DNA of 64,000 nucleotides, from NCBI GenBank assembly GCA_963665115.1, contig OY762007.1, positions 4,448,001 to 4,512,000 on the forward strand. The letters run 5' to 3'. The position numbers were made by a program, and so were the translations under genes. Source of the stretch: an uncultured Rivularia sp. Lineage in GTDB: Bacteria > Cyanobacteriota > Cyanobacteriia > Cyanobacteriales > Nostocaceae. Shown here in pieces: positions 53,822 through 64,000 of this stretch. Position 1 is the first letter of the stretch; every line of letters begins with the position of its first letter. The notes beneath the pieces are model-generated. The model did no database searches and was not told the DNA's origin. It saw only the letters and a list, made by a program, of their open reading frames with translations.

Positions 53822-54814
53822 ATGTACCAATTTGAATTTCGCCCTTATCGTCGCAAATTCGCAACTCCTTTAAATACATCTCACGGTATTTGGGAAAGTC
53901 GGGATGGTGTTATTCTTCGTCTTCACAATGAAACTGGGAAAGTGGGATGGGGAGAAATTGCTCCGATTAGCTGGTTTGGTTCGGAAACTGTCCAACAAGC
54001 GGTTTCATTTTGTCGCCAATTATCAAACGAAATTAGCGATGAAGAGATTTTTTCGATTCCCGATAGATTGCCTACTTGCCAATTTGGGTTTGAGTCAGCA
54101 CGAGAAATGATAGAACAAAATAATTCTTCTGCTTCTTTGGTTTCTCAAAATCTCACTAAGAGCGTTTTATTACCTGCTGGAAAAGCAGCTTTAAGTCAAT
54201 GGCGAAATGTATGGGATATTGGTTCTCATAGTTTCAAATGGAAAATCGGCGTTTATCCCGTTGCAGAAGAAACATTTATTTTTGATTTACTTGCTGGAGA
54301 ATTACCTGCTTTTACAAAACTCCGGTTGGATGCGAATGCTGGGTTAAACTACCGCGAAGCTGAAATTTGGCTGCAAAAATGTGATGATATCAATATAAAT
54401 AATGATATTGATTTAGAAATCGAATTCATTGAACAACCGCTTTCAGTCGAGAGGTTTCCAGAAATGTTGGAATTGAGTCGTAACTACACCACGAAAATAG
54501 CCTTAGATGAATCTGTAGCTACACTCGAACAACTTCAAAGCTGTTATCGAAACGGTTGGCGAGGAATTTTCGTTATCAAAGCCGGTATCATCGGCTCCCC
54601 ATCACGCTTACGCGAATTTTGTCTTACTCATAAAATTGATACTGTATTTTCATCAGTTTTTGAAACCAGTATTGGCAGAGAAGCAGCATTATCATTAGCC
54701 GCAGAATTATCGCAACAAAAAAGAGCGGTTGGTTTTGGTGTCAATCATTTCTTTACTGAAAATGAGCAAATTTGTTTGGATAATTTATGGAAGAATACTT
54801 CACATATTTTGTAA
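53822..54814 (+). CDS. menC: o-succinylbenzoate synthase
   Basis: GWGEIAP, FKWKIG, LRLDAN, FIEQP, ALDES. Confidence 0.93.
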   Translation: MYQFEFRPYRRKFATPLNTSHGIWESRDGVILRLHNETGKVGWGEIAPISWFGSETVQQAVSFCRQLSNEISDEEIFSIPDRLPTCQFGFESAREMIEQNNSSASLVSQNLTKSVLLPAGKAALSQWRNVWDIGSHSFKWKIGVYPVAEETFIFDLLAGELPAFTKLRLDANAGLNYREAEIWLQKCDDININNDIDLEIEFIEQPLSVERFPEMLELSRNYTTKIALDESVATLEQLQSCYRNGWRGIFVIKAGIIGSPSRLREFCLTHKIDTVFSSVFETSIGREAALSLAAELSQQKRAVGFGVNHFFTENEQICLDNLWKNTSHIL

Positions 54815-56274
54815 ATAATGACTGTTTAATTTGCGAAGATAGTCATTTATTAACTGAGTTAATCGAAAAATTTGATTTAGATATTATTAAGTTCAAACAA
54901 GAGTATTCTTATTTACCGAAAATTATTTTAAACGAACGTCGATCGGTATATTTTTTAGCTAGTTTTATTGCAGCTTGTAAAGCAAATTGCCCCGTTTTTT
55001 TATGCAATCCCGATTGGGGAAAACAAGAATGGCAGCAAGTATTTGATTTAGTCAAACCAGATATTCCCAATCCCCAATCCCCAATCCCCAATCCCCCATC
55101 CCCAATCCCCAATCCCCAATCCCCACACATCATGATTCCTACGGGTGGATCGTCGGGTAAAATAAAATTCGCCGTTCATACTTGGGATACTTTGGCGGCT
55201 TCGGTAAAAGGATTTCAAGAATATTTTGCAGTTAATAAAATTAATTCTTTCTGTGTTTTGCCGCTGTATCATGTTAGCGGTTTAATGCAGTTTATGCGCT
55301 GTTTTCTAACTGGTGGAAAGTTAGTTAATTTACCTTTTAAAAAGCTTGAATTAGGTCAAGTAGATAATTTTGAAAACTTAATTGATAATATTGATTTTTT
55401 TATATCTTTAGTTCCTACTCAATTAGAACGTTTATTGCAAAAACCAGATTTAACTCAATGGCTGAGTAAATTCCAAACTGTACTTTTAGGAGGTGCCCCT
55501 GCTTGGGATGAATTATTACATAAAGCCAGATTTCATCGTATCAGAGTAGCCCCCACCTACGGAATGACAGAAACAGCTTCTCAAATTGCGACTATGAAAC
55601 CAGAAGATTTTTTAATAGGTAAAGTTGGTTGCGGTAAAGTTCTTCCTCATGCAACAGTACAAATTCGCGGCGAAAAAGGAAAGAATTTACAAATTAATCG
55701 TGTCGGAAGTATCAATATTCAAGCCGAATCATTAGCTCTTGGTTATTATCCTCTTAGTGGTGCAACACAAACTTGTTTGCAAATAGATGATTTAGCTTTT
55801 TTAGACGAACAAGGTTATCTAAACATTGTCGGCAGAAATAGCGACAAAATAATTACTGGTGGAGAAAACGTTTATCCCGCAGAAGTTGAAGCTGCAATTA
55901 GAGCAACCGGGATGGTGGCTGATGTTTGTGTAATTGGTATAGCCAATCGAGATTGGGGACAAGTTGTAACGGCTATTTATGTAGAAAAATCAGATGTTGA
56001 TTATCAAGTGGGCAAGATGTCCGCAATACGGCAAGATAAAGACGAAATAATACCAATTCAAGCTTTACTTAAGCAGAGAATAAGTAACTATAAAATTCCT
56101 AAAAATTGGATTTGTGTTGAGTCGTTACCTCGTAATTCTCAAGGTAAAATTAATCGGCAAAAGCTTTATGATATTGCTATGGAATGGGAAGAATTGTCCG
56201 CACAATCGCCCTCACCCTCGAAGGGTGGGGCTATCGGGGACAAAGCCCCACCTGCGTGGGCTGAATCGAGATGA
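54787..56274 (+). CDS. menE: o-succinylbenzoate-CoA ligase carrying repeat-derived insertions
   Basis: PTGGSSGKIK, YGMTET, GGENVYPAEVE, PRNSQGK. Confidence 0.93.
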   Translation: MEEYFTYFVNNDCLICEDSHLLTELIEKFDLDIIKFKQEYSYLPKIILNERRSVYFLASFIAACKANCPVFLCNPDWGKQEWQQVFDLVKPDIPNPQSPIPNPPSPIPNPQSPHIMIPTGGSSGKIKFAVHTWDTLAASVKGFQEYFAVNKINSFCVLPLYHVSGLMQFMRCFLTGGKLVNLPFKKLELGQVDNFENLIDNIDFFISLVPTQLERLLQKPDLTQWLSKFQTVLLGGAPAWDELLHKARFHRIRVAPTYGMTETASQIATMKPEDFLIGKVGCGKVLPHATVQIRGEKGKNLQINRVGSINIQAESLALGYYPLSGATQTCLQIDDLAFLDEQGYLNIVGRNSDKIITGGENVYPAEVEAAIRATGMVADVCVIGIANRDWGQVVTAIYVEKSDVDYQVGKMSAIRQDKDEIIPIQALLKQRISNYKIPKNWICVESLPRNSQGKINRQKLYDIAMEWEELSAQSPSPSKGGAIGDKAPPAWAESR

Positions 56275-56346
56275 ATTAGAATGTGATATCTATGATTCAA
56301 AAACGCTTGCTTAATTTTAGGTAAGCGTTGAGGGGAGTATTTTTTC

Positions 56347-56751
56347 CTAACGTAACCTCTCCAAACATTTCACAATTTCTGCTGACAATCCAATCTTTTT
56401 TCTGCTTGCTGCATCAATACAAACATGACGAGTCATCGCTTTAGCTGCAAGCTTATCGTTAATAGAAATTTGATAATCAATTTCAAACTGCTCGGTGCGG
56501 ATTCTTAAAGGAGTCAAGCTAACAAATAATTTATCGCCGCAATACATTGGGCGCATAAAATCAACATCAGCGTGAATGATGGGAAAAGCAGTAGTTGGAT
56601 TTGTAAAAAATTGCTTGATGTCAATTCCTAATGATTCTAAAGCTGCTTCGTAAGCTTCATGGCATATAGCTAAAACATTCGCAAAATAAACTACACCAGC
56701 AGCATCGGTATCTTGAAAGCGAATCGTGCGATTGTATGTGAAAGACATCAT
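56347..56751 (-). CDS. DHNA-CoA thioesterase (4HBT family)
   Basis: [10 protein letters not shown] hot-dog motif; next to the men cluster. Confidence 0.85.
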   Translation of the reverse strand: MMSFTYNRTIRFQDTDAAGVVYFANVLAICHEAYEAALESLGIDIKQFFTNPTTAFPIIHADVDFMRPMYCGDKLFVSLTPLRIRTEQFEIDYQISINDKLAAKAMTRHVCIDAASRKKIGLSAEIVKCLERLR

Positions 56752-56874
56752 CGAATAGGTAATGGGTAATAGGTAATGGGTAATAGGTGATGGGTAATGG
56801 GTAATAGATAATTTAACTTTTACTTCTTACTTCTTTCCTTCTACCTATGCCCCATGCCCTATGCCCTATTCCCA

Positions 56875-57966
56875 TCAATTCCAATTATAAATATCTTCCG
56901 AGTTGGGATTAACATAAGGATGTTCTAAATCTATTGACTTCCAAGCAAAGTGCTGACAAATAATGTTTAATTTTTCTTCGGGTGAATCGATGTCTTTTTC
57001 CCAAGCTTCAAATAAAGCATTTGCAATAATTTGACAGCGATTTACACCGAAGCTCTGCTTGTTAAGGGGTTTTTCTAAAGGTTGTTCGGCTAAACTCAAG
57101 CCTGGTGCTAAATATTTGGCGAATAATGGTGTTTCTGGCTGAAAATAAGCTTGACTCTCTGCGTAAATACCCTTAAGCAATTCTTTGATGGCGGGGTAAT
57201 CCTGACGTTGAAAATTAAGTATTCCCGAATCATAACGATCGCAACCTAATGGATGATGCGGAACTTGAAAGTTAAAGGGTATTTCAACGGCGTTTAATTT
57301 CTCTGTCAAACTATTCATTAAAGCAACGGCACCTTGGGGATCTAAGTTGAAAAATATACTTACAACTTCTAATTCACTCCAGGCATTTTGTAGATCGTCC
57401 TGTTGCTGTTTACCTAAGTTACTCATCGCTAAATAGAAGCCGTTATTTAAACGATTTTTTGGTAGTCGGATATTAATTAAGTCATCAACTCTACTAGATA
57501 ATGCGTCTGGTTCTAAATAATTCTCTTCAACGTGTAATGTTAAACCATCTTTGGTTACAGCCAAACTTCCATCGGGTTCTTGCCGCAAAACCCGCCAGCC
57601 AGCATCTAAGTAACCCGTTCCATGATTATGTTGGTGTAATTGATTATAAAACTGCCAATCGATTTCAAATACACAATTGTTCTCTAAATCTTGATGTAAT
57701 AGAAGATTAGGATTAGTGGTATTTGCGGCTAAAACACTTTGCAGCGAGTTGTTGTAATAAATACCGTATAAGAAGTTTCGCAGCAGTAAAGTCAGATATT
57801 TGTCTTGTAATGCTGTAGAACTTTTCTCAAGTGTTTCTGCCATCAACCCAGGCAAACTAAAAGGTTGATAGTCCAGGTGATAAATGGAAAATTTGGATTC
57901 TATTTCAATCTGACTGGCAATTTGTAAGAAAGTCTTTGATAAAGATGTTTTAGAAGAAGCTATCAT
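56875..57966 (-). CDS. HopA1-like family protein (LanY-like lyase fold)
   Basis: GW.V....DG...V.K.GL.LH, RYDSG, PETPLFAKYLAPGLSLAEQP, SFGVNRC. Confidence 0.7.
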   Translation of the reverse strand: MIASSKTSLSKTFLQIASQIEIESKFSIYHLDYQPFSLPGLMAETLEKSSTALQDKYLTLLLRNFLYGIYYNNSLQSVLAANTTNPNLLLHQDLENNCVFEIDWQFYNQLHQHNHGTGYLDAGWRVLRQEPDGSLAVTKDGLTLHVEENYLEPDALSSRVDDLINIRLPKNRLNNGFYLAMSNLGKQQQDDLQNAWSELEVVSIFFNLDPQGAVALMNSLTEKLNAVEIPFNFQVPHHPLGCDRYDSGILNFQRQDYPAIKELLKGIYAESQAYFQPETPLFAKYLAPGLSLAEQPLEKPLNKQSFGVNRCQIIANALFEAWEKDIDSPEEKLNIICQHFAWKSIDLEHPYVNPNSEDIYNWN

Positions 57967-58102
57967 GGTGGTTTTATCGAAATTTATGAATTATAAGTTA
58001 TGAAAAATAAATGCAACCCTCGATAGAAAAGAAAAGTTAACAGCAACCATTTTTGACTGGTTACTGTTAACTGCTTACTGGTAAATGCTTACTGCGAAAT
58101 AA

Positions 58103-59345
58103 TTAACACCCACGCAGGCGGGTTTTTTCGTAGAAGAGGGGAATTAAATTATTCTCCTTCCCAGCTACGGAAACTTTGGCGGTTTTTACAAATGGTTTGA
58201 GAATTTGTAATTCTGATTTACCAAAAATGTCTATTACATATTCGGGAGTTCTAGTTAAGATATTTTTAGCGAATTCTAGAGCGATTAAACTAGTATGATG
58301 CAAGTTTTGCTGGCTGTTAATCTTATCTTGAATTTGATTGATTAATGCTAAACCGGCAAATTTGACAATCGACTGAATGAAATCTTTACGGTACTCTAAA
58401 ATCATCGGGAAAGCTTTAAGATAAGCTTCTGTTAAAGCCAACATTGAAGGTTGAACAATCTCCAGCGGAATAGCCGCTAATTCCAGAGACTCTTCTAAAT
58501 CCAAAGTGGAATCTACAACTAAACTTTCTAACCAGATTTTTAAGTAACCAGCTAGCAAAGTTCCCAAATCGTAAGCGGGATCTCCCCAACCACAAGCTTC
58601 CCAGTCAATCATCTTGACTTGTGCGTTATCCAAATTGGAACTACGAGAATGTACTAAAACGTTCTCTAGTTTCAAATCGTTGTGAGTTAAACAACAAGGG
58701 TTATACGAAGCAGCTAAATCCGCAATCGCAGATTCTAGAAAGTCGTGACTCTGATAATGAGAATAAAACGAAAGCCCCGCACTGTTAACTTTCCCAAAAA
58801 TAGAGGGTTCTAGGAAATCTACACCCTGTGCCGGATTAAAATACTGATAGCGAATCTGCCCAACTGGAGCAGTAGCCATAAAATCGCGACACTTTTGCCG
58901 TTTAAAAGTTGCACGGTGCAATGCTGCTAAAGTATTACCGATGGAACTTGCTAATTCTGGGGGAAAATATAGGTTATGCCTGTAATAGCTTTCCAACCCT
59001 TGGTATTCCCAAAGGTAATTACGCACGAGGATAGAATTTTCCTCATCGTAATGTACTACTAATGGAGATAACGCTTTTATATTGCCGAGAACAGGTAAAG
59101 ATTCAAGCAACTGGTGAAACAGCCATTCATTGTAGAATTCATGGGGGATACCATTAAATTCTTGGGCTAGTTCTTGTTTTACCAAAAGCTTGCGATCGCC
59201 ACTCTTAGTAACCAGTATATTTAAATTTTTGCGGCTACTACTGTGTGGCAAATCTGCATCGGCGGTTGCGCCATCTTCTGAGCTACTCAGACCCCGCTTC
59301 TTGCAGATACTGGATAACGTTTTGAGAAGACAGTGAAAGTTTCAT
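58103..59345 (-). CDS. APH-family phosphotransferase (LanK-like); apparent +1 frameshift at 59292-59295
   Basis: LVKQE, LAALH, HNDLKLENVL, IDWE...GDPAYDLG; true start MKLSLSSQNVIQYLQEAG at 59345 after AAGGAAG. Confidence 0.8.
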
Positions 59346-60228
59346 TTATTTGTTACTTCCTTAGATTCCTTTAAAATTAGCTTTTTTTGGTTTTGGCTTT
59401 GATTATGGCAGCAATTCCCAGCGAAGCCCCTTTTTTAGGGAATCTTAAAAAAACGATGACTACGCTTCATTAATATCGTATTCCCCTGACAAATACCTGC
59501 CAAATTGCCACCTTTATCTTTACTCTGACTTTAAATTTCACTTTTGAAGCATGGTGAAATCTTTAATATTATTCAAGTTTTTTACTTACGCGAATATAGA
59601 AATTTGTGCTTTAACCTTTTAATGCCTGTTCGTTTCCCAAGATTACGTTTTTGAACAGCCGTGCCATTAACAAACATTAATATAATTATCTAGTACAACA
59701 GCTAACACTCACTCAGTACAAGAACTTTTACACACTTTCCGGAAGAATACAATTATTTTTCTTTTGGCGTAGCCTAATAATTCTTTTACGAAACCATCAA
59801 TAGCCCTCTATACCCGAAATTCTAAGCAAAATCATCAACTTTCGACCATTACCCATAGCGACATAACTGCATATATTTCTCATTTCGCAACATTTCTACA
59901 CAATTTACCTGCAACAAAAAACTTGATATTTTAGACTTTTACTGTTATGGAATAAATTCTTAATAAGTTAATCGCAGCTTCATCAAAAACGGCTCATGGC
60001 AATGCTACTCAACAATAAAACATTTATAAATAAACTCAATACCTATAATTATTTGCAATAAGGAATTGATTAAACCTTTCTTGACTCTACGATTAACGAT
60101 TTGAGGGAGTGGGCAGTAGGGAGTAGGGAACAGTTAGTAATGAGTAGGTAAAAAAGTGTTGAGCAGCCCTGTAGAAATAAAAATTACTTGTCACTTTCTA
60201 CTTGCTACTCATTAAAAGCTCTTAACTC

Positions 60229-60564
60229 TTAAGTCTGTGTCTCTTCTTTGAATCTAGGTTGCCATTGAAACTGGCTGAGATTGATTTTTCCTGCTGAATT
60301 AAACTCAATTCCTTCTTCTTCTAGTAAACGCTTTTGTAAATAATCTCCTCCTTCGCGCAAGTTTGAATAGGAAATTTCACCTTTAGCATTAATTACTCGA
60401 TACCAAGGAATATCATTAGAAACTGTATCTACCTGAAACATTGCGTATCCAACCAAACGCGCTTTACCATAAATTCCTGCTAAATCTGCTATTTGCCCAT
60501 AGGTAGCGACTTTACCAGCAGGAATTTGACGAACAGTTTTGTATATGAGATCGTATGTAGACAT
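60229..60564 (-). CDS. Alkyltransferase-like (ATL/YbaZ, MGMT family) protein
   Basis: IPAGKVATYGQIA, ARLVG, PWYRV with Trp in place of the catalytic Cys. Confidence 0.88.
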   Translation of the reverse strand: MSTYDLIYKTVRQIPAGKVATYGQIADLAGIYGKARLVGYAMFQVDTVSNDIPWYRVINAKGEISYSNLREGGDYLQKRLLEEEGIEFNSAGKINLSQFQWQPRFKEETQT

Positions 60565-60771
60565 TTTTCAAGAATTATTAATAGTCGATTGCATTAAATA
60601 TGATGGCTTAATTTATTCACTAGCGAGCGAGACGTATGTCTTTCAGACACGCTCCGCTAACGCACTACAAATGTGTTACCCCTCAAAATTAATGTGGCGA
60701 AGTAGGCAAAATAATAGCACTTCATCGCACTGATTCTGAGGGGGAATCAAAATTAATGCCAAAAAACGCAA

Positions 60772-61089
60772 TTAAACAGCAAAAACTAATTGAGAAAACA
60801 TCGCTATTAATGTCATCAATCCTAAAACAACCATCAACCCTGCTGGCATTAATTTACGTGTTTTAGCGAGTCTGATTGCAAAAACAATTACTAAAAGACT
60901 CGTAATAATTACAGCTAAAGTTAAACCCCAACTTTGTCCTTGTAATTGCAGGTAAGCAGCAACCATCAGCAATAAACCGCTGATTGTTCCACTTATCAAA
61001 GAAACTTTGCTGCCTGCACTTTTGTAACCGATGATGCCACCGATAATTGATAAAATACCGTATAAACTAGCGGCTATTATGCTTTGCAT
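60772..61089 (-). CDS. TMEM14 family membrane protein
   Basis: YG....GGIIGY.SAGS.VSL..G, KLMPAG. Confidence 0.85.
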   Translation of the reverse strand: MQSIIAASLYGILSIIGGIIGYKSAGSKVSLISGTISGLLLMVAAYLQLQGQSWGLTLAVIITSLLVIVFAIRLAKTRKLMPAGLMVVLGLMTLIAMFSQLVFAV

Positions 61090-61184
61090 TTGTTAAAACC
61101 TGTGTCGATTTCCAACTATTATTCTCAGCGTAGACGGAAAATTAACAATAATATTCTTCCCCATTCCCTATTCCTTACTCCCTA

Positions 61185-62495
61185 ATGAACAATCAAGCGA
61201 TCGAATCAGTTCAATTTCTCCAGCGCCAAGCAGCTTCTCTTTTACTTTACCAGTCTGTGTTTGAAGGGGAAGTAGGTAAAACTTTTCTTAATTTATTGGA
61301 AGCTATACGCTACCCTAATGCTGAAGCACGGGATTGTCTTCAAGCTTACGGTGATTTTTTCAATATTTTGGCTAGTAAAAATCAAAATTGGGAAGAATAT
61401 CTGATTTCTCAAATCTTGATTTCGGAAAATCCTTTTAGCAATCAAGCTCAATTCGATTTACCACCGGCTTTAATTTCAGCAGCTAAACACGATTTACAGG
61501 CTTTGCAGAGCTTTCATGAATGCAGCGTTGCAACTCTTGGTGAATGGGTGCAGTCTGTTGCCCATCTACCGATTTTACCGGTGGTATGGTATGTAGAACA
61601 GCAGAAAATAGAAGCTAACGAACAATTACCCCTAATCGAAAAATTACGAACTTTGTCAGATTGGACTGATGCTGTAGAAGATTTGACAGCGTTTTATCGG
61701 CAATATGGTACGGGGATCTTCGCAGAATATAAAGCTTTTCGCTGGCAGCAGGGAGAATTAGAAGGTATACGCTATCCTGACGGGGTAAAGTTGGATGAAT
61801 TGGTGGCTTATGAGTCTGCAAAAGAAACTTTAATCAAAAATACGGAAATTTTATTGTCAGGGCAGTTAGCATTACACGTTTTACTTTATGGCAGTCGCGG
61901 TTCTGGTAAATCTTCTTTAGTCAAAGCTTTATTAAACGAATATAGCGATCGCAATTTACGCTTGATAGAAGTTGCAAAATCTGAGTTGAAACAACTACCA
62001 AAAATCGTAGAACGCCTACGGAACAAGCCACAAAAATTTATAATATTCGTTGATGACCTTTCCTTCGAGGAAGATGACGATGCTTTCAAAGCCCTTAAAG
62101 TTGTCTTGGAAGGAAGCGTAACCGCAAGACCCATCAACGTTGTAGTCTATGCAACTTCTAATCGTCGTCATTTGATTCGAGAGTTTTTTGCAGACAGACC
62201 TCAACCCAAAGATGCGGATGAAGTTAACTCTTGGGATACGCTACAGGAAAAACTTTCATTTAGCGATCGCTTTGGTTTAACTTTGACTTTTGAACCCGCT
62301 TCTCAATCATGCTATTTACAAATTGTCCGACATTTGGTTAAATCATCTAACATTGAAATTAGTACTGAAGAACTAGAATCTCAGTCTTTGCAATGGGCAA
62401 CTCGTCATAACGGACGTTCCGGAAGAACTGCACGACAATTTGTAGATTTCTTGAGGGCAGAAAAAACAATTGCTCAAAAGGTGGCAGAGAAATAG
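61185..62495 (+). CDS. DUF815-family AAA+ ATPase
   Basis: GSRGSGKSS, FVDDLSFE, YATSNRRHL, EKLSFSDRFG, RSGRTARQF. Confidence 0.9.
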   Translation: MNNQAIESVQFLQRQAASLLLYQSVFEGEVGKTFLNLLEAIRYPNAEARDCLQAYGDFFNILASKNQNWEEYLISQILISENPFSNQAQFDLPPALISAAKHDLQALQSFHECSVATLGEWVQSVAHLPILPVVWYVEQQKIEANEQLPLIEKLRTLSDWTDAVEDLTAFYRQYGTGIFAEYKAFRWQQGELEGIRYPDGVKLDELVAYESAKETLIKNTEILLSGQLALHVLLYGSRGSGKSSLVKALLNEYSDRNLRLIEVAKSELKQLPKIVERLRNKPQKFIIFVDDLSFEEDDDAFKALKVVLEGSVTARPINVVVYATSNRRHLIREFFADRPQPKDADEVNSWDTLQEKLSFSDRFGLTLTFEPASQSCYLQIVRHLVKSSNIEISTEELESQSLQWATRHNGRSGRTARQFVDFLRAEKTIAQKVAEK

Positions 62496-62658
62496 AAATA
62501 GAAATGTAAATATATATTATTTCTAGGTAGATATATTGACTTATTTGCTAATCTTTTATACTCATGTTTATGTTGAAGAATTAAAACCATTCCATCCTGG
62601 TATTGCGAAATCTTATGTACCTTTTGATACTTAAGCGCCAGATTTTGATAAATGAACT

Positions 62659-63981
62659 ATGCTAAAAACAAGCAACACGCAAGATATGGCCAGCAATCGA
62701 TTTATTATAGGTATAGTTGCCTTTGTAGTGAGCTTTGGGTTGACTTTAGTTTTTACCTGGTGGAATTTTTATAGTGCCATAGTTACAGGTATCATCACTA
62801 TACTTGCTACGTATACGGCGACATTTATTGTAGATAAAAGAGCAGAAAAGAAACGCAGAAATTATGAATCACTGGTAATAGATTCTTTTCATAAGCGAAT
62901 TCATGAACTAGAAAATATACAGCACGGGATTAACTTAGAAGTTCATCAATTAGAAGCTACACATCGTGCTTTGCATACTGAATCGAATCAACTGCAACAT
63001 CAAGTTGGCGATCGCCGCAATCAAAGAGATTCACTCAACCGAGAATTAAGTACCTTTGCGCTTCAGAAGAAACATTTAGAATCGGAAGTTATTCATTTAC
63101 AAAATGAAATAAAGAACATAGAGAAGAAGAAAGAAGAAGCAAACAATTCTTTTACTAATATTGCAGCCGAAAAGCGGCGTTTGGAATTAAATTGCAATGT
63201 ATCAAAATCTGAGATAACTCAATTACACGCAAAAATCGGCGAACTTCTGCAAGAGCAGGAAGAATTAGAAAATAATTTAACTTTATTAAATAGATTAAAG
63301 CCTCAGTTAGAAGAGAAACTATATGAATTGCGGGTACAGGTTCAAGAATTAGAAAGTGAAAATAAAAAGTATCTTGAGTTATCTTCTAGTAGAAACGAAA
63401 AACAAGAAAAACTAAAAGCCGATATAAAATTATTAAAGGCTCAGAAAGCAGAAGAGAGCAAGCAATTAGAACAGTTGCAGGGACAAGCTTCATTACTCCA
63501 AGAAGAAAGAGACGTGTTGCAAAACCAAGTTTGGGAATTACTGCAACAATTAGAAAACCTGAATCCGCAGCCACCTGTTATTCAAGCAGAAGCGGAAGAA
63601 ACAGAAGAATTTCCTTTTGATGAGTTGATAGAAACTATCTCCATTGAGCCAGCGGAGAAAACACCGAGTCAATCGCCAGGTTTATCTAAAGAATGGGCGG
63701 ATTTTTTAGAAAGTTTACCCGAGCATGAAATTCAGGTATTAAAAATTATTTTAAAGCAGGTTAAAGTAAAAAGTGCGATTAAAAAGATAGCCGAAAAAAA
63801 TATTACAATGCCAAATTTGCTAATTGATTCTATCAACGAACGCGCTCAAGATACAATTGGCGAATTAATAATTTCAACAAGTAATGATATTCCTGAAATT
63901 TATGAGGAATATAAAGAGAATGTTCAAAATTTGATTGCGATGTCTGAAGAGGTAGAAAGTCAACAGCCTTCTTCCAAGTGA
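62659..63981 (+). CDS. Membrane-anchored coiled-coil protein with TerB-C-like C-terminal domain
   Basis: Two N-terminal TMs, long heptad region, MPNLLIDSINERAQDTIGELII. Confidence 0.75.
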   Translation: MLKTSNTQDMASNRFIIGIVAFVVSFGLTLVFTWWNFYSAIVTGIITILATYTATFIVDKRAEKKRRNYESLVIDSFHKRIHELENIQHGINLEVHQLEATHRALHTESNQLQHQVGDRRNQRDSLNRELSTFALQKKHLESEVIHLQNEIKNIEKKKEEANNSFTNIAAEKRRLELNCNVSKSEITQLHAKIGELLQEQEELENNLTLLNRLKPQLEEKLYELRVQVQELESENKKYLELSSSRNEKQEKLKADIKLLKAQKAEESKQLEQLQGQASLLQEERDVLQNQVWELLQQLENLNPQPPVIQAEAEETEEFPFDELIETISIEPAEKTPSQSPGLSKEWADFLESLPEHEIQVLKIILKQVKVKSAIKKIAEKNITMPNLLIDSINERAQDTIGELIISTSNDIPEIYEEYKENVQNLIAMSEEVESQQPSSK

Positions 63982-64000
63982 AGGGAGTAGGGAGTAGGGG

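Noticed and set aside
59380..59680. c-di-GMP or other known riboswitch upstream of the kinase
   Set aside because: Stems are present but I could not match the diagnostic consensus of any known class
61185..63981. AAA ATPase plus TerB-C-like gene as a defence or tellurite system
   Set aside because: No TerB-N, helicase or nuclease partners visible in the window; both look like ordinary conserved genes

Overview
AT-rich 64 kb chromosomal segment of a filamentous, probably heterocyst-forming cyanobacterium (many HIP1 GCGATCGC octamers, heptamer STRR tandem repeats, psbA). The backbone is housekeeping: selD-like fusion, GST, M20 amidohydrolase, bioD, prs, icd, gun4, ABC ATPase, cysK, tRNA-Val, mazG, proA, psbA and the phylloquinone genes menF/menA/menC/menE plus thioesterase. 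Accessory genes (ankyrin, pentapeptide, LRR, PEP-CTERM, HEAT-NACHT) and many small REP/MITE-like repeats are interspersed. Highlights not visible in the ORF track: (1) a ~333 bp ORF-less IscB-type omegaRNA/HEARO mini-element ending exactly at the menA ATG; (2) two homologous two-gene micro-cassettes (DUF6888/DUF6887-like) bracketed by three copies of one GTAG-type hairpin repeat; (3) an APH-kinase + HopA1-like pair resembling class V lanthipeptide LanK/LanY with no visible precursor; (4) a truncated DUF4007 (SspB-like) remnant beside the tRNA-Val 3' end. Eight genes carry single-base homopolymer insertions that are most likely sequencing errors. Family assignments are from motif recognition only; no searches were run.
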